Shown here piece after piece: positions 21,115-32,310 of a stretch of 64,000 nt of DNA. The notes under the pieces were generated by a model that saw nothing but the letters and a program-made list of their open reading frames with translations, had not been told where the DNA came from and searched no databases. How positions within the stretch are numbered: position 1 is the first letter of the stretch; every line of letters starts with the position of its first letter. The stretch is taken from positions 64,001-128,000 of the forward strand of contig CAWDSQ010000020.1 in NCBI GenBank assembly GCA_963804955.1, in the 5' to 3' direction. The DNA is from an uncultured delta proteobacterium (GTDB lineage Bacteria > Desulfobacterota > WTBG01 > CAIYCZ01 > CAIRTM01). Both the position numbers and the translations under genes were made by a program.

Positions 21115-22320
21115 TTACTTCATCAATTCCAGCAACCGTTGCCATGGCCGGGCCGCCGCCGGCGCACAGGGAAGCGCAGCCGAGGGCCGCGCCCATGCGC
21201 TCCATTTCATGCAGCAGCGTCACCAGCACCCGAAGGCCCGAGCACCCGACGGGATGCCCAAGGGATATGCCCGAGCCGTTGCGGTTGACGATATCCATGT
21301 TAAGCTTGTAGCCGTGTTCTTTTGCAAGCAGGTGCTCCACGCCCAGAAACTGGGCGGCAAAAGCTTCATTTACTTCCCAGTAGCCGATATCGGCAAACGA
21401 CAAGCCCGGCTTTTTGCAGCACCCGCGGAATGGCATAGGCAGGGCCGATGCCCATGACCGAAGGCTCAACGCCCACGCTTGCCGTTGCACGTACGCGGGC
21501 CTGTGATTTGCAGGCCCAGATCGCGGGCTTTCTGCTCGCTCATAAGCACCATGGCTGCTGCGCCGTCATTGACGCCGGAGGCATTGCCTGCCGTCACCGT
21601 TCCGTCTTTTTTGAAAATTGTTTTGAGGTTTGCCAGTGTTTCAAGCGAGGTGTCCGCCCGGGGATGTTCGTCAGTGTCAAACACAATAGGTGCCTTTTTT
21701 CTGCTTAACCTCGACCGGCACGGTTTCGGCTTTAAAGGTTCCGGCCTTGATGGCTGCGCATGACCGGGCATGGCTCAAGCACGGCAAGCTCGTCCTGCAC
21801 CTGCCTGCTGATGCCAAAGCGGGCAGCCACGTTTTCAGCCGTTACACCCATGTGGCAGTGCTCAATCGAGCAGACCAGCGCATCCAGAAGCATGGCGTCT
21901 TCAATTGTAGCCGGTCCCATGCGGTACCCTGTGCGGGCCTTCTGCAGAAGATAGGGGGCCATGCTCATGTTTTCGACACCCACCACAAGGCACACATCTG
22001 TTTCTCCAAGCATGATATTGCGGGAGGCGATTTCAAGGGCGCGCATTGAGGAAGCGCACAGCTGATTGACCGTGCAGGCCGGGCTTTCCCAGGGTATGCC
22101 GAGTTCGGCCTGTATCTGCCTGCCGATATTGCCGCCAACGCCTGCCTGAATGACATTGCCGCAGACAAGCTCATCGACCTGTTCAGGCGTTGATGCCCGC
22201 CCGCTGCATCGCCTCAGCGCCGACGATACGACCGAGCTCCCGTGGGTGAATCTCTTTCATTGATCCCAGAAAATCGCCTATCGGTGTTCTGCAAGCGCTG
22301 ACGATAACAGCTGCATTCAT
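21115..22320 (-). CDS. Acetyl-CoA C-acyltransferase (thiolase); multiple frameshifts
   Basis: [59 protein letters not shown]. Confidence 0.9.
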
Positions 22321-22345
22321 ACTGCCTCCTGTACGATTTTTTTAA

Positions 22346-23117
22346 TTACTTTCGCATCCAGCGCTGATATTTGCGCATGCCGTCTTTTTCAAAAGCCGAG
22401 CTGTTGACCGTAACCTGGTTGACGGTTATTTTGCTCAGAAGCATGCCTTTTTTGATCATTTCACGGGCCTGCTGCGGTTCGATTTTCATTTTTTTTGCAA
22501 GCTCCTCGTAGGGATAAATTTCTACCAGGACTTTTTCGAATTCAGGGTTTGATCCATCAATAAGTTCAGCAGTGCCGATAAACTGTGCGCACAGCACCGT
22601 ACCCCATGTTTTGAATTCTTCATGCCAGTTGAGGCTCACCTTTGGATTCTGTTTTATGTGCAAAAGCTTCGTGGTGCCTTTTTCATGCAGTCCGTACAGT
22701 GTCATGGTGTCAGGATCAAAGGCGAAATCGGCTGTGGTGGTAAGCGGCACATTATTGAGGCTGGTGCCCAGCACACAGGTTCTTTTGCTGTTTTTTGCCG
22801 CCCATGAGTTTTCCGATTTCAGCCTTAAGCCGGTCCTGCGGCATGACGCCCTGACCTGCGGCATACTTAAGATAGGCCCCATGCAGCCAGGCCTGCGTTG
22901 CGGTTGTCTTTGCATCCAGCTTTACCTCATGGCAGTCATTGCAGGAAACACCCTGCGGTATTTCGGGATGATTGTCGCTCAGGCCGCTTGCAGCGGCGTC
23001 GATCTGTTTGGGCTTTGCCGCCTTTTTCTGTCATGCTGCGGCAGCGAAAGAAAAGCTCCCGAACATGAGAACAGCTGCAATGCCGGAAAACAATGCTGTA
23101 TACATAACCTTCTTCAT
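22346..23117 (-). CDS. Signal-peptide-bearing pyridoxamine 5'-phosphate oxidase-like (split-barrel) protein; frameshifted
   Basis: N-terminus MKKVMYTALFSGIAAVLMFGSFSFAAA; CVLGT, TTKLLHIKQNPKVSL, QFIGTAEL. Confidence 0.68.
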
Positions 23118-23358
23118 TACGATGAACTCCTTATTTCGGTTTATGTTTTCAGTTTTATGTACTATGGCAATTTTTTTTCTGCAGTGCTGAGTACTGACAG
23201 GTTGAAAAATCCAGTCGAAAATAGATCCCGTACTCTGCGGGCGTCAATTTCGTCAGAAGCACCAGATAACTAAACCCGTATCGGTTAAAATAACCTTGAA
23301 CAGGTCATTGTGAAATGCTGCTTAAAAAAAGTCTTTTTTATCTGTACAGCAAGGGTTG

Positions 23359-24623
23359 TTAGATCGCCCTGTTAACCAAATCAACCAGACTCAGCATTTT
23401 CAGCGGGCTGCCGATAGCGTTGATGGAATCCCCGAGATTCGACTCACACCAGGGGCAGGAGGTGACCAGCGCTTCGGCTCCGGTTGATTCAGCCTCCTCA
23501 ATGCGCTCGCGCGCTGTTTCAAGTGCAAATTCCGGAAATGCCGAGCGCACTCCGCCGCCGGCGCCGCAGCACCATGAAAATTCCCGGATGCGCTCCATTT
23601 CCACAAGTTCAACACCCGGTATGGCTTTCAGCACATTGCGCGGTGCATCGAATACGCCTTGTGCTCCGTAATTGCGCTCCCGCGGCGGCTCTGAGAGGCC
23701 CCACTTCACGCGCACGCCTTCCCACAGGTCCTGCGGCTCGCTGCCGCGGCCCAAATGGCAGGGGTCATGCCAGGTGACACGCATCGGCACTTCTTTCGTA
23801 AACTTCAGCCGTCCTTCCTGTATAAGCTGATCGAGATACTCGGAGCTGTGCTTTACCTCAAAATTCATTTTGCCGACTCCGGGGTACTGGCTTCTTAAAA
23901 CTCCGTAGCATCCTGCGCATGAGGTCACGACGGTCTTGATGCCCAGGTCATTGAACATTTGAATATTGTCGGCCTGCATGTTCGCGAAACATGTCTACCA
24001 TGCCCACCTTCAGCACCGGGCTGGCGCAGCAGGCCTCATTGTTTCCGAGAATGCCCGACATCAATGCCCGCATTCTGAAGAATACCGAGTGTCGCGCGGG
24101 ACACCTCCTGCATATTGGCATTGTAGGAATACGTGCAGCCGGCAAAATACAGAACCTCGGCCTTTTCTTTGCTGATGTCTTTCACCTTCATTTTACGCGC
24201 CCAGTGACCGCGCCGCGAGCGGGGCTGGAGCCAGGGATTGTTGTTCTGGCGAATGCTGTCAACCGCAGGCATATGGCCGGGCAGGGGGCCTTTGCCCTTG
24301 GCAACGGCAAGTGCACGCAGCTCCTGCAGAATTTCAAGGGGCTCCATGTCGCGGGTGAACTTGCAGGTCACGTCACATCCGCCGCACAGGGTGCAGGTGT
24401 AGATGACCTCGGCGGCTTTGTCCGTCATTTCCACCTCGCCTTCCAAAAGCGCCCGGGCAAGATCAAAGCGGCCCTGGGCTGAGTAAGCGTCAAATTTGTA
24501 TTTCTGCATCGACGGGCAGATCCGGGCCCGCTCTTTGCTTTTGATACTCCATGGGTGCACCCATTTGCACATGGAGCAGCGCTCACAGTTAACCAGGTCC
24601 CAGCGGTATTTTTCAAGACTCAT
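23359..24623 (-). CDS. (Fe-S)-binding CCG-domain protein, GlcF/HdrD-like (frameshifts near 23980-24060)
   Basis: CERCSMC, CTLCGGC, SCAGC, HDPCHLGR, CCGAGGG, SCPWC. Confidence 0.87.
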
Positions 24624-24635
24624 TGGTTCTCTCCA

Positions 24636-24760
24636 TTTTAGATTTTGGATTGCGGAGTTTGGATGCAGTACAAAGCAAATATCCAAAACAGCCGCTTGTA
24701 TTTAGTTATTCATCTGAATCGGTTTGGGATTTTTGGATTTTCAATCAGCAATCGTAAATC
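24636..24760. repeat. Degenerate heptamer repeats
   Basis: TTTTAGATTTTGGATTGCGGAGTTTGGA and TTTGGGATTTTTGGATTTT / AATCAGCAATCGTAAATC. Confidence 0.5.
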
Positions 24761-26304
24761 CTAAAGGCCGAGCTTTCCGGGATTCATTATGTTTTTCGGG
24801 TCAAGCACGTCCTTGACCATTTTTGCCGTCTGAAACTGCACGGCGTTGCCGCTTGCGATCATTTCGGCCCAGGGGCCATAGGCCCGGGTAAACAGCGCTC
24901 CAAGCCCGTACATGCGGCGGCTTGCGCTGCCGTGTACCTGCCGCATGCGTGCGCAGTCATCACGGTCTGACGGGTCATAGGGCAGCATAAATTCAAGATG
25001 GCAGACCCGGCCGTTTTCAATCGGCTGTAAATAGATGCCCATGTCGTCGGTTGCCACAGAGCTCTTTATCGCTTCCTGGTGCATGGCATCGACAAACTTC
25101 GAAGCGCGGTTCATGGTGGTGATGAAGAAAATATCCGAGCTTGCCCCTTTCAGGCGATCCTTCCAGTACACATCGCCATCCCAGCACCGAAGCAGGTTCT
25201 GACTCAAAAAAAGCGGCTGCACGGGGCGCCTGGCTGATGCCCGGCTGCGGCGCGAGACCGCATTCGCGGGCTGTTTCAAGAAAATCAGCCTCCTGCCAGG
25301 CAATGCGCTCATCGGGCAAACGGCGAAGCCCCCCGATGCAGAAAATCTGCACATAGGCGGGCAGCCGCTTTTTAAGACGCTCATAATCCTCGGGCATGCT
25401 CTGCGCAAGTATAAGCGCCAGTGCCGTGCGGTTCAGGATAAAGCATTCATAGCCAAGCCACTTGCGCTGAACCCTGTAGGTAAAATCAACCAGTGCGTCC
25501 AGATTATCAGATGCCGTGAAAAAAAGTTTCTGCCGGGAGGGCAGGGGTTCTGCCATGATATTCATCCAGGTTGACTATGCCAAGAGTGCCCTGTGAACGG
25601 GTATACAGCCTGTTCCAGTCAAAGCCGGGTCCCCAGGGGCCTACCATGTCTGAGTTGTTCAGCTCGGGCGGCCCGAGGGCTGCTGTGCCCGTGCGGAAGA
25701 TATCGCCCGACGGCATGACGATCTCCATAGTGTAAACGGGCTCGCTGTAATTAAACTCGGGGATGAGCTTGGGCTGCGCCTCAAGATTAGACGTGAGCAC
25801 GGACTGATCCCTGCGGGGCAGAAGCGGAAATAAAGCCCGGAGATTTTCTTTGGCAAGGGCTTCCTGCAGCTGGCCATAGGTGACGCCGGGCTGTATGCGG
25901 GCGCTGCGGTTTCTGTGATCGATTTTTTGTATCTGCCGCCAGCCCGACAGGTCGACCGCCGCGCCGCCCATGCGTACCAGAGCGTTTCCATAAGTATGGG
26001 TGCCCGAGCTGAGCGGGGTCAGGGGAAGGGATGCTTCATTGGCGTATTTGACCAGAGCGCAGAGCCTTTCAAGATTATCAGGCTTCAGGACAAAGCAGGG
26101 CCTGCCGGCCTCTTCAAGGCTTTTGTCCCGGCTGAGCGCGTCGAGGGCCGCAGGGTCTGCGCACACCTGCTCCGGGCCAAGTATTTCTTCCAGACGGGCT
26201 TTCTGCTCAGCGGAGTAGTGCTGCCGCTCTCTTATAACCTGGTCGTACGGTTTATCTTCCAGGGGCTTTAAATAATCAACTTTTGCAAGCACGGTATCTG
26301 CCAT
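24761..26304 (-). CDS. FAD-binding oxidoreductase, GlcD type (frameshifted)
   Basis: IQPGVTYGQL, GDIFRTG, SQGTLGIV, C-terminal LDPKNIMNPGKL. Confidence 0.85.
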
Positions 26305-26338
26305 GTGACCTCCTGAATCAAGTAAAACTGCTGGTATG

Positions 26339-26425
26339 TGTCATCTCGACCAAAGGGAGAGATCTTTCTTCAGTCTGCATATTTTAAATACCCCTCACCC
26401 TGACCCTCTCCCGCAAAGAAAGAGT
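26339..26425. repeat. REP-like palindromic fragments
   Basis: TGTCATCTCGACCAAAGGGAGAGATCT and CCCCTCACCCTGACCCTCTCCC. Confidence 0.5.
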
Positions 26426-26537
26426 AAGCTTGTAAGGAGTGTGTATAGGCTGTATCGCATTACATAAAGTTTCGAAGGCAGAGTCTGTTTTAAAAGTGGC
26501 TCTTTAATTCGGTAAATCCATGGTCCCTTAATACGCA

Positions 26538-28103
26538 TTAGCCTTTGGGCGGCTCCTGCGGCACCGGGTAATCGGGGTTCGAGGTCAGCCTCGGATCAAC
26601 AGCCTTCTTAATGTTGAGAACCAGTTCATGGTAGTTACACATGGTCGGGCCGGCGATATAATTCATGGGACCCAAAGGCCAGGTGGTGCACATCCTGCGC
26701 TTCACCGCTTCTACAACGGTCTGGGCATAGCTGTTAATGAAGCTTGCGCCGGCGTCAAGATCGTGCTCGAAATAAATAAGGGGTTCGGTCTCTGAGTAGT
26801 GCCCCAGCTGATAGGAGTTCAGCCAGTCATTATGCGTGTCGTCAGGCACGAAGTGCCCCTTTTTCTGGCCCTGTTCAATGAGGGGCCACATATAGTCTTC
26901 GCTCATTTTGTAGCTTTGGTCGATGGAATCAAAGCCGAAGCCGCCGATGACGAAAAAGTCACCTGCAATGCGGAACAACCGGTTTGACAGACCCGTTCGA
27001 ATCTGCTCGCCGATATTGTCCTGGCCGATGCTCCACAGCTCCGAGCCCTCTTCTATATATGCTTCCGCCGAGCTCTTTAACGATTGCGTCAAGCACCTTC
27101 TGCTCATAGGCTATCTGGCGGGAAGAGGAGAATCCGATAAGGGTTACGGAGAGCACATTGCGCCACTGCTTCATGAAGTCCGGGTATTTTTTCCAGAAAT
27201 ACTCAACCGAGGGAGATGCGCCCGAGAGCACCATGGTGGCCGGCTCTTCATGAACGGCTGCTGCTATTTCGGCGTGGCCGACTTCATACATCGCTTCGAT
27301 CAGTTTCTTGCGGTCGGGAAACTTGATAAGATTGAGCTTGAAGCGGTCTTTGGGGAAATCGACTTCAAAGTTCGGGTTTGCACCCTTGACCGGAAAGGAC
27401 TGAGGGCCCTGGATAGGGAAACAGTTTTACCGCCATGCGGGTAACCATGCCCATGCCGCCGCAGTGGCCTGAATCTGCCCGCAGCAGACCTTTCAGGTTC
27501 ATGCCTGCGCAGTCGCCCCAGAACCAGTCCGCACCCGGCATTGCTGCGCGAACCTATATGCAGAATATCTCCGTTTGGCAGCACCCAGTCGCATCCCAGC
27601 ACGCCGCGGTTATAGCCGAATTTATGCCCTGTGCCGCCCATGCCCTGAAACATATTGTTAGCCACGACAGATACCTGGGCGCCGGCCTCTGCTATCGTGA
27701 TGGTCAAACCGTGTTTCATGGCCTCAGCCTGCAGCTGGGCATAGGTCACATACGGTTCCACCACGGCATACATGTTCTGCGTGTCGATTTCGACAATGCT
27801 GTCCATCCGTTTGGGGTCTATGATAATCGTATCGGCCCGGGCCGGTATGGTCGGCGGCAGCAGATTGGTGCCGACCGGAATGTAATTGAACTTATACCGG
27901 TTGGCGATTTTAATGATAGTCTGCACATCCTGCGTACTGCGCGGCAGCACAACAGCTGCGGGCCGGTAGCGGCCTGACTGGGCATGAGTGCTGTAGATCA
28001 GCCACATATAGCTGTAGCCTGAAGTTACAGCCGGATCGTCGCAGATGTTTTCAGCGCCAAGCGCATCGGCAAGCGCCTGATAAGCTCCTTGTGGAAGCCC
28101 CAT
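26538..28103 (-). CDS. FAD-binding oxidoreductase, GlcD type (frameshifted)
   Basis: RPAAVVLPRSTQDVQ, VVEPYVTYAQL, WVLPNGDILHIGS, IKKAVDP. Confidence 0.83.
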
Positions 28104-28131
28104 TATGCATTCCTCCTGATAGAATTATCCG

Positions 28132-28569
28132 TTAAGCGTTTTTTTTGATGGAATCCACAATGCTGTTGATCTGAAAGTGATTTTGATCCGCAAGATCAAA
28201 TTCAACCTTCATGACAAACCGCGTAAAAATAACCCCGATTGAAAGAAAATAAATTGCCCTCGCCAGTTTCTCGGCGTTAACCTGACGGAAGGAGCCCTCT
28301 TTGATGCCCTGACGAATTATACCGGCCAGCGTGCTTATGTATTTGTCGTAAAAAGAAGTAATCATTTCCTTTGCTTCAACACGCTCGGCTTCTTTGGCCA
28401 GAAATTCGATATAGATTTTGAAAAAGTCGCTATGCTCGCCGATGATTGAAATTGCCCGGTCGACAAAAATTTTCAGCCGCTCTTCGGCGTTTTTTCCTTC
28501 ATCGATCCCTGTCTGGATTTCATTAAAATACTTGTTTGTACCGTAGTGAAATATTTCTGTTGTGATCAT
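28132..28569 (-). CDS. Protein with only the TetR C-terminal ligand-binding domain (no HTH)
   Basis: Aligns by eye with the C-terminal two-thirds of the adjacent TetR; own AGGAGG RBS. Confidence 0.75.
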   Translation of the reverse strand: MITTEIFHYGTNKYFNEIQTGIDEGKNAEERLKIFVDRAISIIGEHSDFFKIYIEFLAKEAERVEAKEMITSFYDKYISTLAGIIRQGIKEGSFRQVNAEKLARAIYFLSIGVIFTRFVMKVEFDLADQNHFQINSIVDSIKKNA

Positions 28570-28588
28570 AAAACCCTCCTATTGTTTG

Positions 28589-28684
28589 CCGACTGGTCAG
28601 TATAGTAATTTGTCTTAAAAAAAGTCTTTGAAAATTAAAGCATTGTCCTTTTCCGGCAGTAAAAGATTTAGACGACCGGTCAGT
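28589..28684. promoter_or_regulatory. Two candidate TetR operators
   Basis: CCGACTGGTCAGT (28589-28601) and CGACCGGTCAGT (28673-28684). Confidence 0.55.
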
Positions 28685-28697
28685 GTACCATTATGTT

Positions 28698-28723
28698 GAA
28701 AAAAAGGGGGTTGCGGCCCCCTG
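28698..28723 (-). terminator. Terminator after tetR
   Basis: Minus strand GGGGGCCGCAACCCCC followed by a T tract. Confidence 0.6.
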
Positions 28724-28731
28724 TTTCAGCA

Positions 28732-29319
28732 CTATTCCTTGAGAGTTTTAAAAATATTGTTCAGTTGAAAAGAGTGCTGTTCAATCAGGTCATATTCCAC
28801 ATTGACTGAAAAATACGTGAAAAATGCCCCCATAAAGAGAAAATAGATCGCCAGGGCTGTCTTCTCGGCATCATGGGGTTTAAAAATACCCTTGCGTATG
28901 CCTTCTTCGACATAACTTTTAAATGTGCCGACTGATTCCTTGTAAAAAGCAGTCATCATGTCGCGTATCTCGGAATCACGCACGCCATAAGAAAGAAACT
29001 CAATGCAGAATTTGAAAAAATCGGCATTTTCTTTCTGGATATTACCGGCTTTATTTATGAAAACCTGCAGACGCTCCTCCGGGTTGGCTATATCCGCCGT
29101 GTAATTTTTCAGATAGTTGGTATATCTGTAAACGCGATACTTGAACAGTTCCTGAAAAAGCTCTTTTTTGGATTTGAAATGGTAATAAATACCGCCCTTG
29201 CTGATTTTAGCCTTAGCGGCAATCGTATCCATGGCTGTTTCATAATAGCCTTTTTCATTGAAGCACTGTACGGCAGCCTCAAAAATATCCTCTTTTCTAT
29301 CCCGTTTTGAATCATCCAT
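28732..29319 (-). CDS. TetR/AcrR family regulator
   Basis: IFEAAVQCFNEKGYYETAMDTIAAKAKISKGGIYYHFKSKKELF. Confidence 0.93.
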   Translation of the reverse strand: MDDSKRDRKEDIFEAAVQCFNEKGYYETAMDTIAAKAKISKGGIYYHFKSKKELFQELFKYRVYRYTNYLKNYTADIANPEERLQVFINKAGNIQKENADFFKFCIEFLSYGVRDSEIRDMMTAFYKESVGTFKSYVEEGIRKGIFKPHDAEKTALAIYFLFMGAFFTYFSVNVEYDLIEQHSFQLNNIFKTLKE

Positions 29320-29339
29320 GGTAGACCTTTTTTTTGATA

Positions 29340-29357
29340 GAACTGACTGGTCAGTTC
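29340..29357. promoter_or_regulatory. Candidate TetR autoregulatory operator
   Basis: Palindrome GAACTGAC-TG-GTCAGTTC about 20 nt upstream of the tetR start. Confidence 0.65.
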
Positions 29358-29684
29358 ATATATATCCGATCATGTTTTTTGTGTCAAGATAATTTTAAAC
29401 ATAAGACGGATTCTGCACATATAAAACACTACACTCGTGCTTGTACGGAAAAATGCTGGTTCAAGGTGCATGAAATGTCAGTGGGATTAACTTGCAAACC
29501 AAAACCCATTTCCCGGCCGCAATCTATATGATTTGCCATTAGTGTATTGCTATTTTATAACCTGTTCCTATACTTTTACTGTATAGCTCTGTCTCATCGC
29601 CATTTCTGTTTTTTTAACAGCAGGCTGCAGTCGTGAATTTATCCGCAGCCTGCACAACAATTATTCAAGTGAAGGGAGCAGGTC

Positions 29685-30074
29685 ATGAAAAGATTAGCTG
29701 TTTCACTGTTGAGCCTTGTCATCGCGCTGGGTTTTGCCGGGCTATGTTTCGCAGAAGAGCAGGAGATCGACAAGGCCGACAAGATCAAGCAGGCCCAGGA
29801 AGGCCTTACGAGCCTTGACTATTACAAGGGCGAAGCCACCGGCAAGATGAACCCGGAAACACGCGCTGCTGTAAAGGAATTTCAGAAAAAAGAAATGGAT
29901 ATGAAAATGCCCTCTGGCGTGCTCAATGCTAAAACTTGCGACATGATCTGCAAGAAGGCCGATGAAAAAAAACCCAAGGACAAAGAGGGCGACAAGAGCA
30001 TTATGGATAAGGCCAAGGACAAAGTCGATGAAGGCAAATCCAAAATGATGCCTGCCGCTGAAATGCCCAAATAA
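29685..30074 (+). CDS. Secreted protein with peptidoglycan-binding-like domain
   Basis: Signal peptide; QEGLTSLDYYKGEATGKMNPETRAAVKEFQK. Confidence 0.72.
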   Translation: MKRLAVSLLSLVIALGFAGLCFAEEQEIDKADKIKQAQEGLTSLDYYKGEATGKMNPETRAAVKEFQKKEMDMKMPSGVLNAKTCDMICKKADEKKPKDKEGDKSIMDKAKDKVDEGKSKMMPAAEMPK

Positions 30075-30090
30075 AAATGTTTCAAGGCAT

Positions 30091-30123
30091 AAAAGGCAGG
30101 CTGTGAGGCCTGCCTTTTTTTTC
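30091..30123. terminator. Bidirectional terminator
   Basis: AAAAGGCAGGC-TGTGAG-GCCTGCCTTTTTTTT. Confidence 0.8.
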
Positions 30124-30175
30124 ACTACATGCCGCCGGCAGTTCTAAAGCAGGGATGCTTCACTCCTCGCCCTCT

Positions 30176-30822
30176 TTAGCGCCTGCCGCCCCTGAACCAA
30201 TTGCCTGGGGTATGTCCCCCAGAGCCCATGCCGCGATTCTCCCGCTGGGGGAAGCCCCTGCCGAAATCATTCCGCTGGCTGCCCCTCCTCTGAAAGCTGC
30301 GCTCGCGCGAAAAAATATCCTGAATAGTGTCCCGGATGTTCTCAAAACGTTCCTGCCGATTTTCCCTGCGCTCATGCATAAAATTCTGGAAATTTTCCCG
30401 GCGGTCCAGCCGCCGGTCACGCATATTCTCAAGTGTGTCCGCCAGATCGCCGCCGGAACGGCCGTGGCGCCTGTGCCTCAGGTCATGATGATCGTCATCA
30501 TCGTAATAACGCCAGGGATAGCCGTATGTTCCATAGTACGGGGCGGCATACGGATAGTAATCGGGATAGTAGGGATCATAGTAGAATGAAGGGAAGCGCC
30601 GCAGCCGGCTGAGGTACCAGGGGTCATCATAGGCCGGGGCCGGCATGTATTCATCTTCACTCTCTGCATTGCTGCCTGCAGCGTTCGAGGTGAGATTGTC
30701 AAGATAGGCCAGATCGTTGTCCGTCAGCGCCAGCACCGTGTTATTCCGGTGCACTGCACGCGGAGCAGTATCGGCAGAAGCAGCATAGATAAAATGTTAG
30801 CAGCATATTTTTTCACGACCAT
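30176..30822 (-). CDS. Low-complexity Tyr/Pro- and Arg-rich exported protein (frameshifted)
   Basis: Signal-like N-terminus at 30822; YYDPYYPDYYPY and RRENRQERFEN segments. Confidence 0.5.
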
Positions 30823-31012
30823 GCATCCCCTGCGCATCTGTTTAAAGTATATCATGTGAAACATACTCAGAAGCAAAAAAAACAGGGCAGCATCATCAGG
30901 AAACTCGAAATATATATTTAAACACATGGCCGGGAAAGGGTTTGCGAATTTATTAAACCAGAAGAAAGAATCCGGAATTCAGGAGTCAAACTTCGACATG
31001 GAAAATAATAAA

Positions 31013-31085
31013 CACCCCGCCGCAGGCAGCGGGGTATAAAAGTTATTTCGTCATCCAGTCATTTCATTCCGGATTCTGTCCGTCG
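31013..31085. repeat. Palindromic repeat related to 654-780
   Basis: CACCCCGCCGCAGGCAGCGGGGTATAAAAGTTATTTCGTCATCCAGTC. Confidence 0.6.
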
Positions 31086-31340
31086 CTGTTGACTTAAACC
31101 TATTGATAAAAAACCTCTATAACATTATTAGAAAAGTTTTTTAATGCTCCGTAATTGCTTTATTTTTTTAAATTTTAGTCTTTTGTTTTAAGTCTTCCAG
31201 AACAGCATATTCTCGCCATAAGCCCCTGCATAAGTGAATATCATTAAAATTAACAGCATCAATTTTTTTTTCTCTTTTTGACCTTATATGACAAAAGTCG
31301 CGGCTATTGTTCAGGTACAAACAACAGAAAGGAGCATACC

Positions 31341-31781
31341 ATGAAGAAGTTGTTCATAACTATAACGGGTATCGCCATGCTGTTTATTACAACAGCCCGG
31401 GCTGGTGAGCCTCTGGGCAACTACAGTGCAAACCCCTACGGCCATGACTCAACCTCAAACCCCTACAGTGAGGCCGGAAGCCCCTACAGTTCAAAAAGTA
31501 TCAACAATCCTTACGGCATATACGGCAGCCCTTACAGCTCAAAGTCTGCCAGCAATCCTTATGCTTCCGACGCGCCCCGGCTTTATGACAGCCGTGGCAA
31601 CTATCGCGGCAGGCTTTCCAGCAATCCCTATGACCCGGAATCTGTTTCAAACCCCTATGGCCGCTACGGCAGCCCCTATTCATCCGAGAGCATCAACAAC
31701 CCGTATGGCCCGGGCAGCCCGTACCGCACAGACAGCCCCAATAACCCCTATGGCGAGGGCTTGGAAATTATCGGAGACTGA
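31341..31781 (+). CDS. Secreted protein with NPYG/GSPYS repeats
   Basis: AGGAG RBS, signal peptide, repeated SxNNPYGxYGSPYS. Confidence 0.75.
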   Translation: MKKLFITITGIAMLFITTARAGEPLGNYSANPYGHDSTSNPYSEAGSPYSSKSINNPYGIYGSPYSSKSASNPYASDAPRLYDSRGNYRGRLSSNPYDPESVSNPYGRYGSPYSSESINNPYGPGSPYRTDSPNNPYGEGLEIIGD

Positions 31782-31853
31782 TAGATTGCCGGCAGACGCA
31801 TGGCTAAACAAGATGACTTATAAAAACCAGTGCCTTACAGGCGAAAGCAGGAT

Positions 31854-32163
31854 ATGAGAATAGATGAGATTTTAAAATATTTGCCTCAGTTGGCAGGTAA
31901 AAAAATTAAAAAGATTTGTTACTGTGAACCGCAGCCGGGCTACGAACCGTTTACACAATCTGTATTTTGAGTTTGACGATGGCAGCCATTTTGAAATGTA
32001 TGCTGATGCTGAAATGCGCTTCACCGGCATAATAGAATTTGATCCTCATTTGGGCAGCATTGTCGAAAGAACATTCACCCTGGCAAAAACAAGCACTCTG
32101 ATTGCCGTTAAAGTTGACGAGAGCGGCATTGCGTTTTCAGATCCATCATTGCTTTTACTCTAG
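31854..32163 (+). CDS. Hypothetical protein (frameshifted)
   Basis: MRIDEILKYLPQLAGKKIKK joined to ORF 31924-32163. Confidence 0.45.
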
Positions 32164-32244
32164 CAGGTGGACCCCCATTGAACTAAAAAATCAAGCAATC
32201 AGAGGCGGGCAGGGCATATTCCCCAGGTCGCAGACCTAGCATAC

Positions 32245-32310
32245 CCTCATTCCGGCGAAAGCCGGAATTCAGAAAAAAGCAGACTGATGCCGGATCAAGT
32301 ACTGCATGAG
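32245..32310. repeat. REP-like palindrome pair
   Basis: TCATTCCGGCGAAAGCCGGAATTCAG...GATGCCGGATCAAGT. Confidence 0.6.

Noticed and set aside
23130..23350. Riboswitch upstream of the split-barrel gene
   Set aside because: No recognisable aptamer consensus by eye; an Rfam scan would be needed
5366..24623. Selenocysteine readthrough in the CCG Fe-S genes
   Set aside because: The breaks are frame changes, not in-frame TGA codons at Cys positions
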